Positions 43,270 to 44,552 of a stretch of 44,552 nucleotides of DNA are shown here, piece by piece. The first letter of the stretch is position 1. The number at the start of each line of letters is the position of its first letter. A program made the translations under genes and the position numbers. The notes beneath the pieces were generated by a model, which worked only from the letters and a program-made list of their open reading frames with translations, ran no database searches and had not been told where the DNA came from. Source of the DNA: an uncultured Acidimicrobiaceae bacterium (GTDB taxonomy: Bacteria > Actinomycetota > Acidimicrobiia > Acidimicrobiales > CAYSAC01); contig CAYSAC010000003.1 in NCBI GenBank assembly GCA_964428815.1, positions 1 through 44,552 of the forward strand, read 5' to 3'.

Positions 43270-43857
43270 ATGGACGTGTCGATGCCGATCAGCAGTGCTG
43301 TCCCGAGCCTGGACGGCCCGGTGCTCGTCGCGTTGGCGGCGACGACGGGCCCGGCGAGCCTCGCCGAGGTCTATCGACGGGCTGGGCGAGGGTCGAAGTC
43401 GGGGGTTCGCGAGGTGTTGCTGCGGATGGTCGAACACGGCCTTGTCCACGAGATCCCCGGCGGGTTCGTGCTGAACCGTGAGCACGTCGCAGGGCCGGCG
43501 GTGGAGATGCTCGCGGATCTTCATGGCGAGCTGGTCCGAAGGATCCGTTCGGCCGTGGATGACTGGGCCGGCGATGTGGCGCTCGTTGGGCTGTTTGGAT
43601 CAGCGGCACGACGGGATGGGGACAGCTCCAGTGACATCGACGTACTCGTCGTGTCCGACGCCGAGGACCTGGACGCCCTCGTTGATCGGTTGACCATCCA
43701 GATTCGATCCTGGACCGGGAACCGCGCGCAGGTGATCGGGATGCCCGCTGCGGAGCTGCGCCGCCTACGTCGGGCCGGCGAATCGATCGTGGCGAACTGG
43801 GATGCGGAGCTCCTGGTCATCTGCGGTGACCGGCGAGCGCTGCGGAACACCGCCTGA
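43270..43857 (+). CDS. wHTH-fused minimal nucleotidyltransferase (MNT/MntA-like antitoxin candidate)
   Basis: ATG at 43270, preceded by GAGG. The N-terminal winged-helix-like segment is LAEVYRRAGRGSKSGVREVLLRMVEHGLVHE. The NTase motif is GLFGSAARRDGDSSSDIDVLVV (GSx..SDxD). Confidence 0.75.
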   Translation: MDVSMPISSAVPSLDGPVLVALAATTGPASLAEVYRRAGRGSKSGVREVLLRMVEHGLVHEIPGGFVLNREHVAGPAVEMLADLHGELVRRIRSAVDDWAGDVALVGLFGSAARRDGDSSSDIDVLVVSDAEDLDALVDRLTIQIRSWTGNRAQVIGMPAAELRRLRRAGESIVANWDAELLVICGDRRALRNTA

Positions 43858-44273
43858 TGGCCCGCCCCAAGTCCAGGACCCAGCCCTGTGATCGGCGCGA
43901 CGCGCTGAACCGGCTCGCCCAAGCAGAATCATTCGTGGTTGCCGCTGAGCTCGTCACCGCCGACGAGAGCGACGTCGCCAACCCCGGGGTCGCGGCGGCG
44001 CTCGCCGTACTGGCAGGCATCACCGCTTCCGACGCCGCATGTTGCGCGAAGTTGGGTGTTCGCTCTCGCGGCCAGTCTCACGACGAAGCTGTTGCCGTCC
44101 TCGCGACGGTCGCCCCGCTCGGCCCGGAGATGGCGAAGGACCTAAGCCGGCTCCTGAGCCGCAAAGACGACTCGCACTATGGGGTTACGTTCGTCTCGAC
44201 GAGCGACGCCGACCGCATGATCGGTTGGGCCAAGCGACTCCTCGCGCGGGCGCGCGCCGCCGTCGAGGCGTAA
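43857..44273 (+). CDS. HEPN domain protein (toxin candidate of a HEPN/MNT pair)
   Basis: The ATG overlaps the MNT TGA (ATGA). All-helical 138 aa. Rx4H motif inside LSRLLSRKDDSHYG, followed by STSDADRMIGWAKRLL, as in HEPN domains. Confidence 0.6.
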   Translation: MARPKSRTQPCDRRDALNRLAQAESFVVAAELVTADESDVANPGVAAALAVLAGITASDAACCAKLGVRSRGQSHDEAVAVLATVAPLGPEMAKDLSRLLSRKDDSHYGVTFVSTSDADRMIGWAKRLLARARAAVEA

Positions 44274-44277
44274 GCCG

Positions 44278-44552
44278 TCAGTCACGCCAGATGGAGGGAG
44301 GCGAGGTGGGGAACTCTTCGGCGGGACGGCGTCGATGCGCTCGGATTGCGCGTCCTCGTGCCGTAGCGGCCGAGCCAGCCGGCGGGTCGTTGTCGGCCGC
44401 GTTCGCGCCGTCGGGCTCACCGTCGTGTGCGAGGTACTCCTCGATGGCCTTGGTCGCGAGAGCGCGGGGGCGATGCCGGCGCGCGCGGCTGGCATCCAGC
44501 CACGCGTGAAGGCCTGTCGGACCGCGGCCGCGGGGTCCGCCGGCGCCGTCGC
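44278..44552 (-). CDS. Partial ORF, possible ribbon-helix-helix protein (5' end outside the window)
   Basis: The minus-strand frame is open from the window edge to the TGA at 44278-44280. It contains LHAWLDASRARRHRPRALATKAIEEYL, which resembles the helix-1/helix-2 region of RHH (CopG-like) proteins. The tail is low-complexity. Weak call. Confidence 0.25.
   Translation of the reverse strand, partial: DGAGGPRGRGPTGLHAWLDASRARRHRPRALATKAIEEYLAHDGEPDGANAADNDPPAGSAATARGRAIRAHRRRPAEEFPTSPPSIWRD

Overview
High-GC (about 70% by eye), very densely coding chromosomal segment that looks like Actinomycetota. Evidence: many GTG/TTG starts, frequent 4-nt start/stop overlaps, and a mycothiol-type DinB enzyme, WS/DGAT and P450 genes. 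I can support 43 CDS, one of them a weak partial ORF, plus one tRNA-Ala(UGC). I see no CRISPR array, rRNA, transposase or integrase.

Gene content in order:
- Four tandem paralogous double-module FtsX/MacB-like ABC permeases (the first is cut by the window edge). The last is start/stop-coupled to a multi-TM GAF/HisKA_3 histidine kinase. A LuxR-type response regulator and a stand-alone receiver are encoded convergently.
- DUF3237 protein, carbon-nitrogen hydrolase, P450, DUF3105 protein, DinB/maleylpyruvate-isomerase-like protein, CorA, an unknown membrane protein, an IMPase-family protein and a YibE/F protein.
- A znuA-znuC-znuB-zur operon joined by 4-nt overlaps, with an AT-rich Zur-box-like palindrome at its 5' end and a gabD-like dehydrogenase docked 10 nt after zur.
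- Serine hydrolase, NUDIX hydrolase, an LEH-like protein, D-aminoacylase, prfC, a TAP-like peptidase and a PaaI thioesterase.
- A PQQ-like beta-propeller, then a storage-lipid cluster (FadD flanked by two WS/DGAT paralogs).
- A secreted lipoprotein-PepSY-M43 metalloprotease operon, divergent from an OmpR/HK pair plus a coupled 95-aa membrane protein.
- tRNA-Ala, then a lower-GC stretch with a 3 x 11-bp tandem repeat, an orphan ORF and a wHTH-MNT/HEPN toxin-antitoxin-like pair.

Nothing here is unambiguously a new system. The three best candidates for follow-up are:
1. The ATPase-less four-permease array wired to a histidine kinase.
2. The accessory stretch next to tRNA-Ala (repeats, orphan ORF, wHTH-MNT/HEPN).
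3. The PepSY/protease/lipoprotein module with PHO-box-like direct repeats in front of its two-component system.

All functional calls come from motif recognition by eye. No database search was run.
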